This document shows, piece by piece, positions 36,577 to 46,923 of a DNA stretch of 64,000 nt. This DNA comes from Alphaproteobacteria bacterium (lineage in GTDB: Bacteria > Pseudomonadota > Alphaproteobacteria > UBA6615), in the NCBI GenBank assembly GCA_050246875.1, contig JBFWVF010000009.1, forward strand, positions 165,097 through 229,096. The letters run 5' to 3'. The translations under genes were made by a program, and so were the position numbers. Under the pieces are notes generated by a model, which was not told the origin of the DNA, made no database searches, and was given only the letters and a program-made list of their open reading frames with translations. Each line of letters opens with the position of its first letter. Within the stretch, counting starts at the first letter, position 1.

Positions 36577-38607
36577 ATGGCTGAGGATACACGGCTCGAT
36601 CAGGGCCGCGCATTGCATCGTGCCGGCCGTGTCGACGAAGCCCTCGCGCTCTACAACGCGGTGCTCGGCGAACGCCCCGACGCGCCCGAGGCCTTGCACC
36701 TCAAGGCCCTGGCGGTGTTCCAGCGCGGCCGGACCGACGAGGCGATGGGGCTGCTCGACCGCGCCATCGCCGTCCAGCCGGCGACGGCCGCCTTCCATCT
36801 CAACCGTGGCGTCATGCTGGCGGCGTCGGGCCGGAACGACGAGGCGCTGGGCGATTTCGCCACGGCGCTCGACCTCGATCCGGACAATGCCGACGCCCTG
36901 TTCGCGATGGCCAACGCCCAGACCGCCCTGGGCCGTCTGCCCGAGGCGCGCGACCTGCTGCAGCGGGCCATCGCGCTCAACCCGCGACACGCGCGCGCCC
37001 AGGCCAACCTGGGCAACGTGCTGCGCCGCCTGGGGCGCCTCGACGTCGCGCTCGGCGCCCTGGCGCGCGCGGCCGAACTGGCGCCGCAGGACGCGGAGAT
37101 CGCTCACAGCTATGGCGTGACGCTGGCCGAGGCCGGCCGTCACGAGCAGGCCATCGGCGAGTTCCGCCGGGCCCTGCAGAACGACCGGGCCTTCGTGCCG
37201 TCCGCGGTGCAGCTGTTCAAGGAAATGAACCAGCGTTGCGACTGGGCGCGCCGCGACCGGCTGGTCGATGGGCTGGTGCGCCTTATCCGCGAGGGCCGGC
37301 CGGAAGCGGCCCTGATCGATCCGCAACTCGCCCTGTATCTGCCGCTCGACCAGCGCGCCACGGCCAGCGTTGCGGTCGCCCGTGCAGCGCAGTTGCGCCG
37401 GCAGACCGGCCGGCCGCCTGCCCCGGAGGGCGGCTGGCAGCGCGGTTCGGGCAATGGCGGTCGCATCACCGTCGGCTATCTTTCGCCGGATTTTCGCGAT
37501 CATCCCGTGGCGCATCTGTCGGCGCGCATCTTTTCCCTGCATGACCGGCGGCGGTTTCGCGTTCTGGCATATTCGCTGGGGCCGGACGACGGCAGTGCGT
37601 GGCGGCGGGAAGTCGAAAGCGCCGCCGACGAGTTCGTCGACCTGCGCGGCGTGGCGACCGCCGAGGCGGCCGACCGGATCGCGGCAGACGACATCGACAT
37701 CCTTGTCGACCTTGCCGGCCACACCCTCGACGCCCGCCCGGAAATCCTGGCCCTGCGTCCGGCCACGCTGCAGGTCGGCTGGCTCGGCTACTGCGGGTCC
37801 ATGGGCGGCCTCAACGACTACGTGATGGCCGACGAACTGGCCCTGCCGTTGTCGCTGGCACAGGGCTTCGGCGAGGCTGTCGTTCATCTGCCCGAAACCT
37901 TCATGCCGATCGACGACCGTTGGCTCGATGTCGGGCCCCCGCCGTCGCGGGCGTCACTCGGACTGCCGGAGAAGGGGGCGGTGCTGGCCGCCTTCAGCGC
38001 GCCTGCCAAGATGGAGCCGGGGATCTTCGGCGCCTGGATGCGTATCCTTGAACGCTTTCCGGCTGCGGTGCTGTGGCTCCGCGAACGCGGTGCCGGCGCG
38101 ACGGCCAACCTGCGCAAAGCTGCCGCCGCGGCCGGCATCGACCCGCGGCGCCTGGTGTTCGCACCACGGCTCGACGACAAGGCCGCGCACCTGGCTCGGC
38201 ACCGCGCCGCCGACCTGTTTCTGGATACGGCGATCTACGGCGCCCATACCACGGCGACGGACGCGCTGATGGCCGGGCTGCCGGTGCTCACCTGCGCCGG
38301 CCAGACCTTCCAGAGCCGCGTCGGAGCCAGCCTGTGTACGGCGGCGCGCCTCTCCGACATGGTCACGCGCGACATTGTCGGCTATGAACAGCAGGCTCTG
38401 CGCCTGCTGGCCGACCCCGAGGAACTTGCCGACGTTCGCGCCCGTCTGGAGCGGGCCCGGACCGGTGTTGGCGGGCAGCGCGGGCCTTTGTTCGACAGCA
38501 AGGCGGCCGTGCATAGGCTCGAGCGGGCCTATGCCGCCATGTGGCGCCGCCATACCGGCGGCCAACCGCCCGTTTCGTTCGCCGTTACAGGGGATGATGC
38601 CAAGTGA
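36577..38607 (+). CDS. TPR-repeat protein with O-GlcNAc-transferase-like (GT41, SPINDLY-type) C-terminal domain
   Basis: It has N-terminal TPR repeats. VGYLSPDFRDHPVAHL matches the OGT block GYVSSDFGNHPTSHL. ATG 36577. Confidence 0.8.
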   Translation: MAEDTRLDQGRALHRAGRVDEALALYNAVLGERPDAPEALHLKALAVFQRGRTDEAMGLLDRAIAVQPATAAFHLNRGVMLAASGRNDEALGDFATALDLDPDNADALFAMANAQTALGRLPEARDLLQRAIALNPRHARAQANLGNVLRRLGRLDVALGALARAAELAPQDAEIAHSYGVTLAEAGRHEQAIGEFRRALQNDRAFVPSAVQLFKEMNQRCDWARRDRLVDGLVRLIREGRPEAALIDPQLALYLPLDQRATASVAVARAAQLRRQTGRPPAPEGGWQRGSGNGGRITVGYLSPDFRDHPVAHLSARIFSLHDRRRFRVLAYSLGPDDGSAWRREVESAADEFVDLRGVATAEAADRIAADDIDILVDLAGHTLDARPEILALRPATLQVGWLGYCGSMGGLNDYVMADELALPLSLAQGFGEAVVHLPETFMPIDDRWLDVGPPPSRASLGLPEKGAVLAAFSAPAKMEPGIFGAWMRILERFPAAVLWLRERGAGATANLRKAAAAAGIDPRRLVFAPRLDDKAAHLARHRAADLFLDTAIYGAHTTATDALMAGLPVLTCAGQTFQSRVGASLCTAARLSDMVTRDIVGYEQQALRLLADPEELADVRARLERARTGVGGQRGPLFDSKAAVHRLERAYAAMWRRHTGGQPPVSFAVTGDDAK

Positions 38608-39332
38608 CAGTTTCCGGTACGCGTGATGCGCTTGTTCTGGTTCCCGGTCTCCTCTGTGACGAAGCCCTCTGGGAGCATCAAACCCGCCACCTCGCCGACA
38701 TCGCCGAAATCCAGGTGGCCAAGACGACCGACCACGACACCCTCGACGGTATGGTCGCCGCCATCCTGGCCGCCGCGCCGCCGCGTTTCTCGATCGCCGG
38801 CCTGTCGATGGGCGGCTACATCGCGATGGAACTGATGCGGGTGGCGCCGGAGCGCGTGCGCCGCCTGGCACTACTCGATACCTCGGCCCGGCCGGATACG
38901 CCGGAACAGAGCGAGGGCCGCCGCGCCATGCTCGCCGCCAGCCAGGCCGGGGAGTTCAAGGGAATGACCCGCCGGCTTCTCGGCCAGTTCGTCCACCCGG
39001 GCCGGCTGGGCGATACCGTGCTGACCGAGGCCATCATGGCCATGACGGCGCGTGTCGGGCCGGACAATTTCCGCCGCCAGCAGAACGCCCTGATTCCGGC
39101 CCGCGCGGTCGACCGGCGGCCCTGGCTCAAGGAATTCCGCTGTCCGACGCTGGTGATGTGCGGTCGCGAGGACGTGCTGACGACGGTCGCGATGCACGAG
39201 GAGATTGTCGGCCTGATCCCTGGCGCCCGCCTGGCGCTGATCGAGGAGTGCGGCCACATGTCGACCATGGAACGGCCGCATGCGGTGACGGCACTACTGC
39301 GTGACTGGATGCTCTACGACCGGGCGGCGTGA
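38604..39332 (+). CDS. Alpha/beta-fold hydrolase
   Basis: GxSxG elbow in IAGLSMGGYIA. The GTG start overlaps the GT41 stop as GTGA. Confidence 0.8.
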   Translation: MTVSGTRDALVLVPGLLCDEALWEHQTRHLADIAEIQVAKTTDHDTLDGMVAAILAAAPPRFSIAGLSMGGYIAMELMRVAPERVRRLALLDTSARPDTPEQSEGRRAMLAASQAGEFKGMTRRLLGQFVHPGRLGDTVLTEAIMAMTARVGPDNFRRQQNALIPARAVDRRPWLKEFRCPTLVMCGREDVLTTVAMHEEIVGLIPGARLALIEECGHMSTMERPHAVTALLRDWMLYDRAA

Positions 39333-39338
39333 GGCGGT

Positions 39339-39917
39339 TCAGCACCGCAGGGGGAAGCAACTGTCGGCGTGTTTCGGATTGGACGGCGGCAGCAGGTTGA
39401 GCGTCACCTGGCGCACCAGTGCCCGGAAGTTCGGGTCGCCGGCTGCCGGCATGGTCTCCAGCCGGCCAGTGATCTCGCTCATCGGGAAGGTGCCGCCGCA
39501 ATAGACGCCCAGCAGCCGCAGGCCCGCCTGCGGCGTTCCGGCGAGCGGCGCCTCGCCCCGGCAGAGCGCGCCCGCCGACTGGGTGACGGCGGGCTGCCAG
39601 ACCATCAGGACGCGGTAGTTGGCGGGATGCTCGCGGGCCGGCTGGACGGCGAAGCGGACGGGCGCGAAGGCTACCGCCCCCTGCATCGTCTCGACGGTCA
39701 GGTCCCGCGTCGCCTCGGCACTACCGGGGAACGGATTGCCGTGGACCACGGTTCGCATCTCGTTGCCGGCGGTCCCGACGACGCGCACGAAATTCGGCTC
39801 GTAGGCGCCCGCGAGATCGTGCCGGGTAAGGATGGGGCCATTGCCGAAGCAGCCCGCGAGAAGGGCGGCACACGCCGTCGTCAGGGCCGGGCCGGCAACA
39901 CGAAGGCGCATGGTCAT
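39339..39917 (-). CDS. Putative lipoprotein, function unknown
   Basis: This is the C-terminal 192 codons of the 984-aa track ORF. MTMRLRVAGPALTTACAALLAGC has an LAGC lipobox. It lies downstream of parE on the same strand. Confidence 0.6.
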   Translation of the reverse strand: MTMRLRVAGPALTTACAALLAGCFGNGPILTRHDLAGAYEPNFVRVVGTAGNEMRTVVHGNPFPGSAEATRDLTVETMQGAVAFAPVRFAVQPAREHPANYRVLMVWQPAVTQSAGALCRGEAPLAGTPQAGLRLLGVYCGGTFPMSEITGRLETMPAAGDPNFRALVRQVTLNLLPPSNPKHADSCFPLRC

Positions 39918-40000
39918 GGCGGTCGTCTCCCGGCGTCCGAGCCCCCGCCAGCGGCGCTGACGGTCGATATGGCGCCGCCGTCGCGGCGTGGCAAGGGGAC

Positions 40001-42079
40001 CTACAGGTCGATCGCCTCGTCCTCGACGAAACGCGCGTTCTCCTGGATGAAGGCGAGACGGGCCTCGGGCTTGCGGCCCATCAGGCGCTCGACCAGCGAC
40101 AGGGTCTCCCTCGCCAGGGCACGCTCGTCGGCCTCCGCGCTGCCGTCGTCGGGCAGCACTACGCGCAGCAGGGTGCGCCGTGCCGGATCCATGGTCGTCT
40201 CGCGGAGCTGGGCGGACGGCATTTCGCCGAGGCCCTTGAAGCGCGACACGTCGACCTTGCCCCGCCCCTTGAAGCGCGTCGCCATCAGTCGCTCGCGGTC
40301 GGCGTCGTCGATGGCGTAGACGGTATCGCCGCCCGCCGACAGGCGGTAGAGCGGCGGTACCGCAAGATATAGGTGTCCGCGGGCGACCACATCCCGCATC
40401 TCGCGGTAGAAGAAGGTCATCAGTAGTGCCGCTATATGGGCGCCGTCGACGTCGGCGTCGGTCATGATGACGACCCGGTCGTAGCGCAGCTTGTCGGCCC
40501 GGCAGGCACTCCCCACGCCGCAACCGAGGGCCTGGATCAGTGCCGCCAGCTCGGCGTTGCCGGCGAGCTTGTCGGCGGTAGCACTGGCCACGTTGAGGAT
40601 CTTGCCGCGCAGCGGCAGGACCGCCTGGGTGTTGCGGTTGCGCGCCTGCTTGGCCGAGCCGCCGGCGCTGTCGCCCTCGACGATGAAAATCTCGGTGCCG
40701 TCGCGACCCTCGCGGGCGCAGTCGGCAAGCTTGCCGGGAAGGCGAGTCCGCCGCGTCGCGGTCTTGCGTTCCAGTTCCTTCGACTGGCGGCGGCGCAGGC
40801 GTTCCTCGGCGCGCTCGACCGCCCAATCCAGTAGTGCCCCCGCCAGTTCGCGCTCGCGGGCGAGGAACAGGTCGAAATGGTCCTTGAGGTGGGCTTCGAC
40901 CAGCCGGGCCGCCTCCGGCATCGACAGGCGTTCCTTGGTCTGGCCCTGGAACTGCGGCTCGCGGATGAAGAGCGAAAGCATGATCGCGGCACCGTCGACA
41001 ATGTCGTCGGGCACGATCTGGGCGGCCCGGCGGTTGCCGACGCGCTCGCCGAAGCCCCGCAGGCCGCGCGCGAGGGCCGCCCGCAAGCCGGCCTCGTGGC
41101 TGCCGCCCTCGGGCGTCGGCACGGTGTTGCAGTAGGAGTGGCAGAAGCCCTCGCCGTCGACCGGCCAGGCGATCGCCCATTCGAGGCGCCCCTGACCGTC
41201 CGCCAGCTTCGCTTCGCCGGCGAACAGCTCCGGGATCACCAGCGCCCGGCCGTCGAGCGCCCCGCGCAGGTAGTCGACCAGGCCGCCGGGAAAACGGAAG
41301 GTCTCGCGCTCGGGAACGTCCGCCGTGGCCAGCGACGGGTCGCACGACCAGCGGATTTCGACACCCCTGAAAAGGTATGACTTCGAGCGCGCAAGCCTGT
41401 ACAGGCGCTGGGCTTTCAGGGTAGCGCCGGCACCGAAGATCTTGCTGTCGGGACGGAACGCTACCACCGTGCCGCGACGGTTGTTGACCTCGCCGATCCG
41501 TTTCAGCGGCCCGGTCGGCGTGCCGCGGGCGTACTCCTGCGCCCAGAGCGTGCGGTCGCGGGCGACCTCGACGCGCAGCCATTCGGACAGTGCGTTGACG
41601 ACCGAGATGCCGACCCCGTGCAGGCCGCCCGAGGTCTCGTAGACCTTGCCCGAGAACTTGCCGCCCGAATGCAGGGTGGTGAGGATGACCTCCAGCGCCG
41701 ACTTGTCGCGGTAGCGCGGGTGCCTGTCGACCGGAATGCCGCGGCCGTTGTCGGCGATACGCAGGGTGCCGTCGGCCGCCAGGGCGATCTCGATCCAGTC
41801 GGCATGGCCGGCGACCGCCTCGTCCATGGCGTTGTCGAAGACCTCGGCGGCGAGGTGGTGCAGCGCCCTCTCGTCGGTGCCGCCGATATACATGCCGGGA
41901 CGCCGGCGCACGGGCTCGAGGCCTTCGAGCACCTCGATGTCCTTGGCGGAATACCCTCCGGCCGCCGGCGCGGGCGGCGTCTTGCCGCCGGTCTTGCGGG
42001 TCGGGGCTGGGCTGGCGAACAGGTCGGGTTCGCCGGCGCGGCGCGGATCGCGGGCCACGGCGCGTGACTCCCTCGGCAT
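40001..42079 (-). CDS. parE: DNA topoisomerase IV subunit B
   Basis: GHKL ATPase blocks (RRRPGMYIGG, GLHGVG) and Toprim EGDSAGG are present. ORF 40001..42187 trimmed to ATG 42079. 692 aa. Confidence 0.93.
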   Translation of the reverse strand: MPRESRAVARDPRRAGEPDLFASPAPTRKTGGKTPPAPAAGGYSAKDIEVLEGLEPVRRRPGMYIGGTDERALHHLAAEVFDNAMDEAVAGHADWIEIALAADGTLRIADNGRGIPVDRHPRYRDKSALEVILTTLHSGGKFSGKVYETSGGLHGVGISVVNALSEWLRVEVARDRTLWAQEYARGTPTGPLKRIGEVNNRRGTVVAFRPDSKIFGAGATLKAQRLYRLARSKSYLFRGVEIRWSCDPSLATADVPERETFRFPGGLVDYLRGALDGRALVIPELFAGEAKLADGQGRLEWAIAWPVDGEGFCHSYCNTVPTPEGGSHEAGLRAALARGLRGFGERVGNRRAAQIVPDDIVDGAAIMLSLFIREPQFQGQTKERLSMPEAARLVEAHLKDHFDLFLARERELAGALLDWAVERAEERLRRRQSKELERKTATRRTRLPGKLADCAREGRDGTEIFIVEGDSAGGSAKQARNRNTQAVLPLRGKILNVASATADKLAGNAELAALIQALGCGVGSACRADKLRYDRVVIMTDADVDGAHIAALLMTFFYREMRDVVARGHLYLAVPPLYRLSAGGDTVYAIDDADRERLMATRFKGRGKVDVSRFKGLGEMPSAQLRETTMDPARRTLLRVVLPDDGSAEADERALARETLSLVERLMGRKPEARLAFIQENARFVEDEAIDL

Positions 42080-42156
42080 CGGGTGGACGGGCCTCCAATA
42101 GCACGGCGTATAGTGCCGTCGCAGCGCGATTCGCGCGGTCACGGGGAGAGGCCCGC

Positions 42157-42555
42157 ATGACGGACGACACCGCGAGCCCGCAGCCACGCGGCAGCCTCAG
42201 CATCCGCACCGTCGCGATGCCGGCCGATACCAACCCGCGCGGCGACATCTTCGGCGGCTGGCTGCTGGCCCAGATGGACGTCGCCGGCGGCATCGCCGCC
42301 AGCGCCCGTGCGGACGGCCGCTGCGCGACGGTCGCGGTCGAGACGATGAAGTTCCACCAGCCGGTCCATGTCGGCGATGTGCTGTCCGTCTACGCCGAGG
42401 TTGTGCGGGTCGGTCGCACGTCGCTGGCCTGCCACATCGAGGCCTGGGTGGCGCGGCTGGGGCAGGGCCAGCCGATCCGCGTGACCGAGGGCACCTTCAC
42501 CTACGTCGCCATCGGTAGTGACGGCCGGCCGAGGCCGGTACCGCCGGCGCGGTAG
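42157..42555 (+). CDS. Acyl-CoA thioesterase (YciA-like hotdog fold)
   Basis: ATG 42157 after GGGGAGAGG. MPADTNPRGDIFGGWLLAQMD is typical of YciA-type thioesterases. Confidence 0.8.
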   Translation: MTDDTASPQPRGSLSIRTVAMPADTNPRGDIFGGWLLAQMDVAGGIAASARADGRCATVAVETMKFHQPVHVGDVLSVYAEVVRVGRTSLACHIEAWVARLGQGQPIRVTEGTFTYVAIGSDGRPRPVPPAR

Positions 42556-43117
42556 CGGGCGTGTCGGGGAACGACCATGTCGGACCGGTGAGTCACTGTC
42601 TCCGGTACGACAAACGGGAACGCGCGCGGAACCTGCGGCACGATTTCCCGTATCGGCCGGCCTGACAGGAACGAACGTTACACGAACGCCGGGCCGTGGC
42701 ACGACCGCCGCGCGGTATGGCGCGACCGGGTCGGGAGGTTCGCCGGCCAGACACGACGGGCTGTATCCGTCGGCACCGTCGAATGGCGAGGAATTGCGCC
42801 AGATGCGCCGCCACTACCACGCATCGCGGATATGTAGAGGAGTGCCGCCCCGTCCGGACTCCCGTGTCATACTTGAGCGTGACTTTTGCCCCGACTGGCA
42901 ACGGATAGTATGACGAAGGCCGTCTATCTTGTTGTCACTTCAAGATAATCGGCGGACTACCATGGGTGCTGCGGGGATGGCCCTCCCGGCGGGGCCACGG
43001 ACGCCGGAGTGCCGTGGAATTTCGCTTCGCTCTTGTCCGGATGGCGGGAGGGGCACAGATCAGGAAGGGCAGGCCGACGGGGGCCTGCCTTCGGGGGCCG
43101 CAAGGCAAGGAGGAGGC

Positions 43118-43474
43118 ATGGCGGAACGTCCGACCATCACCATCGACGATGTCGCCGGCAGCGTCCGCGTCGTCCATGCCGGCGCGGTCGTCGCCGAAAG
43201 CCGCCGGGCGCGGGTGCTCCGCGAGGGAAACCTCGTTCCGCGCTGGTACATTCCGCGCGAGGACGTCCTTGCGGAGCTGGTGCCGTCCGAGCGTCACAGC
43301 GTGTGCCCGTGGAAAGGCACCGCCAGCTATTACGGCGTGAAGATCGGGGAGAAGGTCCACCCGGACCTGGTCTGGTACTATCCGGACGCCACGCCGGAAA
43401 CCAAGGCGATCGAGAACTACCTGTGCTTTTACAATGAGAAAGTCGACCGGATTGAAGTGAATGATGAAAAATGA
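43118..43474 (+). CDS. DUF427 domain protein
   Basis: ATG 43118 after AGGAGG. Blocks RWYIPREDV and CPWKGTASYY. Confidence 0.8.
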   Translation: MAERPTITIDDVAGSVRVVHAGAVVAESRRARVLREGNLVPRWYIPREDVLAELVPSERHSVCPWKGTASYYGVKIGEKVHPDLVWYYPDATPETKAIENYLCFYNEKVDRIEVNDEK

Positions 43475-43560
43475 AGCCGGTGACGCGACGGCGGCGGCGG
43501 TCGGTCGGTAGTGGCACTTCTCTTGGTCGGAGCGTCACTACCGCGATTCGTCAAGTCCTT

Positions 43561-43595
43561 GAATCGAAACGGCCCCGGCCGGTGGCCGGGGCCGT
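43561..43595 (-). terminator. Rho-independent terminator of glnA
   Basis: 12-bp stem ACGGCCCCGGCC / GGCCGGGGCCGT (43569-43580 / 43584-43595). On the minus strand it is followed by TTTCGATTC. Confidence 0.75.
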
Positions 43596-43613
43596 TCGCG
43601 CACTCCCGGCCGA

Positions 43614-45026
43614 TCAGCCGGCCGAATAGTACATCTGGTACTCGATCGGGTGCGGCGTGATCTCGAAGGCCACGACTTCCTCCATGCGCAGGGCGATGTA
43701 GGAGTCAATCTGGTCGTCGGTGAAGACGTCGCCCTTCTTGAGGAAGTCGCGGTCGGCGTCGAGGCTTTCCAGCGCCTGGCGCAGCGAGCTGCACACCGTC
43801 GGCACGCCGGCTAGTTCCTCGGGCGGCAGGTCGTAGAGGTCCTTGTCCATCGGGTCGCCCGGATGGATGCGGTTCTCGATGCCGTCGAGGCCGGCCATCA
43901 GCATGGCCGAGAAGCCGAGATAGGGGTTGCACAGCGGGTCGGGGAAACGGACCTCGACGCGCTTTCCCTTGGGGCTGGCCGCGTAGGGGATACGGCAGGA
44001 AGCCGAGCGATTGCGGGCCGAATAGGCCAGCAGGACCGGTGCCTCGAAACCCGGGACCAGGCGCTTGTAGCTGTTGGTCGTCGGGTTGGTGAAGGCGTTG
44101 ATGGCGCGGGCATGCTTGATGATGCCGCCGATGTAGTAGAGCGCCGTTTCCGACAGGTCGGCGTAGCCCGAGCCGGCGAACAGCGGCTTGCCGCCCTTCC
44201 AGATCGACTGGTGGCAGTGCATGCCCGAGCCGTTGTCGCCGAACACCGGCTTCGGCATGAAGGTCGCGGTCTTGCCGTAGCTGGCCGCCACCATGTGCAC
44301 CACGTACTTGTAGATCTGCATGGAGTCGGCGAGCTTCAGCAGGGTGCCGAACTTGAGGCCGAGCTCGTGCTGCGCCGGCGCCACCTCATGGTGGTGCTTT
44401 TCCATGTCCAGCCCCATCTTGATCATGGTGCTGACCATTTCGGCGCGCATGTCGGTGCCGGAATCGACCGGCGGCACCGGGAAATAGCCGCCCTTGGTGC
44501 GCGGGCGATGGCCCATGTTGCCCTCCGGATACTCGGTGCCGGAGTTGTACGGGCCCTCGATGCTGTCGATGTCGATGAAGCTGCCCTTGCCGCTGACGTC
44601 GTAGCGCACGGAGTCGAACACGAAGAACTCGGCCTCGGGGCCGAAATAGACCGTGTCGCCGATGCCGGTCGACTGCAGGTAGGCGATCGCCTGGCGGGCG
44701 GTCGAGCGCGGGTCGCGGGCGTAGGGCTCGCCGGTCATCGGCTCGAGCACGTCGCAGAACAGGATGAGCTGCGGCTGGGCCGTGAAGGGGTCCATGCAGG
44801 CCGTCGACAGGTCGGGCTTGAGGCGCATGTCGGACTCGTTGATGGCCTTCCAGCCGGCGATCGACGAGCCGTCGAACATGATGCCGTCGGTCAGCATCTC
44901 GTCGTCGACGGTGTTGATATGCTGCGCGGTGTGATGCCACTTGCCGCGCGGATCGGTGAAGCGGAAGTCCACGTACTCGACCCCGTTCGCCTTGATCATG
45001 TCCATTACGGTCTTGATGTCGGACAT
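43614..45026 (-). CDS. glnA: Glutamine synthetase type I
   Basis: [32 protein letters not shown]... shows full-length GSI similarity. ATG 45026. Confidence 0.97.
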   Translation of the reverse strand: MSDIKTVMDMIKANGVEYVDFRFTDPRGKWHHTAQHINTVDDEMLTDGIMFDGSSIAGWKAINESDMRLKPDLSTACMDPFTAQPQLILFCDVLEPMTGEPYARDPRSTARQAIAYLQSTGIGDTVYFGPEAEFFVFDSVRYDVSGKGSFIDIDSIEGPYNSGTEYPEGNMGHRPRTKGGYFPVPPVDSGTDMRAEMVSTMIKMGLDMEKHHHEVAPAQHELGLKFGTLLKLADSMQIYKYVVHMVAASYGKTATFMPKPVFGDNGSGMHCHQSIWKGGKPLFAGSGYADLSETALYYIGGIIKHARAINAFTNPTTNSYKRLVPGFEAPVLLAYSARNRSASCRIPYAASPKGKRVEVRFPDPLCNPYLGFSAMLMAGLDGIENRIHPGDPMDKDLYDLPPEELAGVPTVCSSLRQALESLDADRDFLKKGDVFTDDQIDSYIALRMEEVVAFEITPHPIEYQMYYSAG

Positions 45027-45098
45027 TGCCAACCACCCCTGGATTGCTGCGAGTTCACACGATTTGCGCGGCGGCCGGGTGGGCAGCCGCGAACGATG

Positions 45099-45572
<474 letters not shown>

Positions 45573-45616
45573 TCACGTGATGATGAAAAAATCATCATCT
45601 GCATAAAAAATAGTCG

Positions 45617-46795
45617 TTATGCTGCCTTTTCCGTGAACAGGGTCTGCATCCGCCCCAGCGCCAGCCGGATATTCTCGACCGAGTTGGCGTAGGAGAAGCG
45701 GATGTAACCCTCGCCGAGATGGCCGAATGCGGTGCCCGCCACCGTCGCCACGCCGGCCTGGTCGAGCAGGCGGTTCTGAACGGCGCGCGAGTCCAGGCCC
45801 GTGCCCTTGATGTTGGGGAAGGCATAGAAGGCGCCGACCGGGATCCGGCACGAAAAGCCGGGGATGGCATTCAGGCCGGCGACGATGACTTTGCGCCGCT
45901 CGTCGAAGGCGCGGACCATCTCGTGCACGGAGTCCTGCGGCCCCTGCAGCGCGGCGATGCCGGCGAACTGGGCACTGGCGTTGACGCAGGAGTGGCAGTT
46001 GATGGCGAGGCGCGTGGCGTGCTCGACGAGCGCCTTCGGCCACACCGAGTAGCCCATGCGCCAGCCGGTCATGGCATAGGTCTTCGACCAGCCGTCGAGC
46101 AGGATCAGGCGGTCGCGCAACTCCTCGTAGGCGAACAGGCTGACGTGCTCGTGCCCGTCATAGGTCATCTGGCCGTAGATCTCGTCGGTCATCACCGCGA
46201 CCTGGGGGTGCTTCAGCAGCCCGGCCACCAGCTTGTCCATTTCGGCCCGCGGCACGGCGCCGCCGGTCGGGTTGGCTGGCGTATTGAGGATGAGCAGGCG
46301 GGTGCGCGGCGTGATCAGCGACAGCACCTGCTCGGCATCGAAGGAGAAGTCGCGCTCCTCGAGCAGCGGCATCGGCACGGCCTTGGCGCCGGTAAAGTTG
46401 ATCACGGACTCGTAGATCGGGAAGCCGGGGTTCGGGTAGAGGATCTCGGCACCCGGCTCACCGAACATCAGGATGGCGAAGAACATCGTCACCTTGCCGC
46501 CCGGCACGCAGACGACATTGTCGGGATCGACGGTGACGCCGCGGGTGCGGTGGATGTCGGCGGCGACGGCCTCGCGCAGCGCGACGATGCCGGGTGCCGG
46601 GGTATACCCGTGGTGGCCGTCACGCAGCGCCTTGATGGCGGCCTCGACCACGTGCGGCGGCGTCTTGAAGTCGGGCTGACCGATGCCGAGGTTGATGATG
46701 TCGCGGCCCTGACGGCGCAGTTCCTCGGCCCGGGCGAGAACCTCGAAGGCAGACTCCGTGCCGAGGCGGGACATGCCCGACGACAGTTGAAGCAT
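45617..46795 (-). CDS. Class I/II PLP-dependent aminotransferase (aspartate/aromatic type)
   Basis: ATG 46795. NTPANPTG and the PLP-lysine block GWSKTYAMTGWRMGY are present. Confidence 0.9.
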   Translation of the reverse strand: MLQLSSGMSRLGTESAFEVLARAEELRRQGRDIINLGIGQPDFKTPPHVVEAAIKALRDGHHGYTPAPGIVALREAVAADIHRTRGVTVDPDNVVCVPGGKVTMFFAILMFGEPGAEILYPNPGFPIYESVINFTGAKAVPMPLLEERDFSFDAEQVLSLITPRTRLLILNTPANPTGGAVPRAEMDKLVAGLLKHPQVAVMTDEIYGQMTYDGHEHVSLFAYEELRDRLILLDGWSKTYAMTGWRMGYSVWPKALVEHATRLAINCHSCVNASAQFAGIAALQGPQDSVHEMVRAFDERRKVIVAGLNAIPGFSCRIPVGAFYAFPNIKGTGLDSRAVQNRLLDQAGVATVAGTAFGHLGEGYIRFSYANSVENIRLALGRMQTLFTEKAA

Positions 46796-46923
46796 GGTGG
46801 CGTTTCCCTCACGGACGGCCGCACGAGCATTGGCGCGGAGCCGCTGGGCGCGCACTATGCATCGCCCCGCCCGCGCGAGGCAAAGGCTTTGACCGGGCGC
46901 AGGCGCGCCGACCGGGACGGACG

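Noticed and set aside
39339-42293. 984-aa minus-strand ORF apparently fusing the lipoprotein with the parE region
   Set aside because: Only the last 192 codons (lipoprotein with LAGC lipobox) look coding. Upstream, this frame runs out of register through parE, whose true frame is 40001..42079, and gives Arg/Pro/Gly-rich nonsense.
42556-43117. Known housekeeping RNAs (SRP RNA, RNase P RNA, 6S RNA, tmRNA) in the long intergenic gap
   Set aside because: I could not find the conserved motifs I remember for these RNAs (e.g. the GGUGCUGUUUACC/GGAAGCAGCC SRP core, or the RNase P AGGGUGAAA-type elements). It is left as an unexplained interval rather than a called ncRNA.
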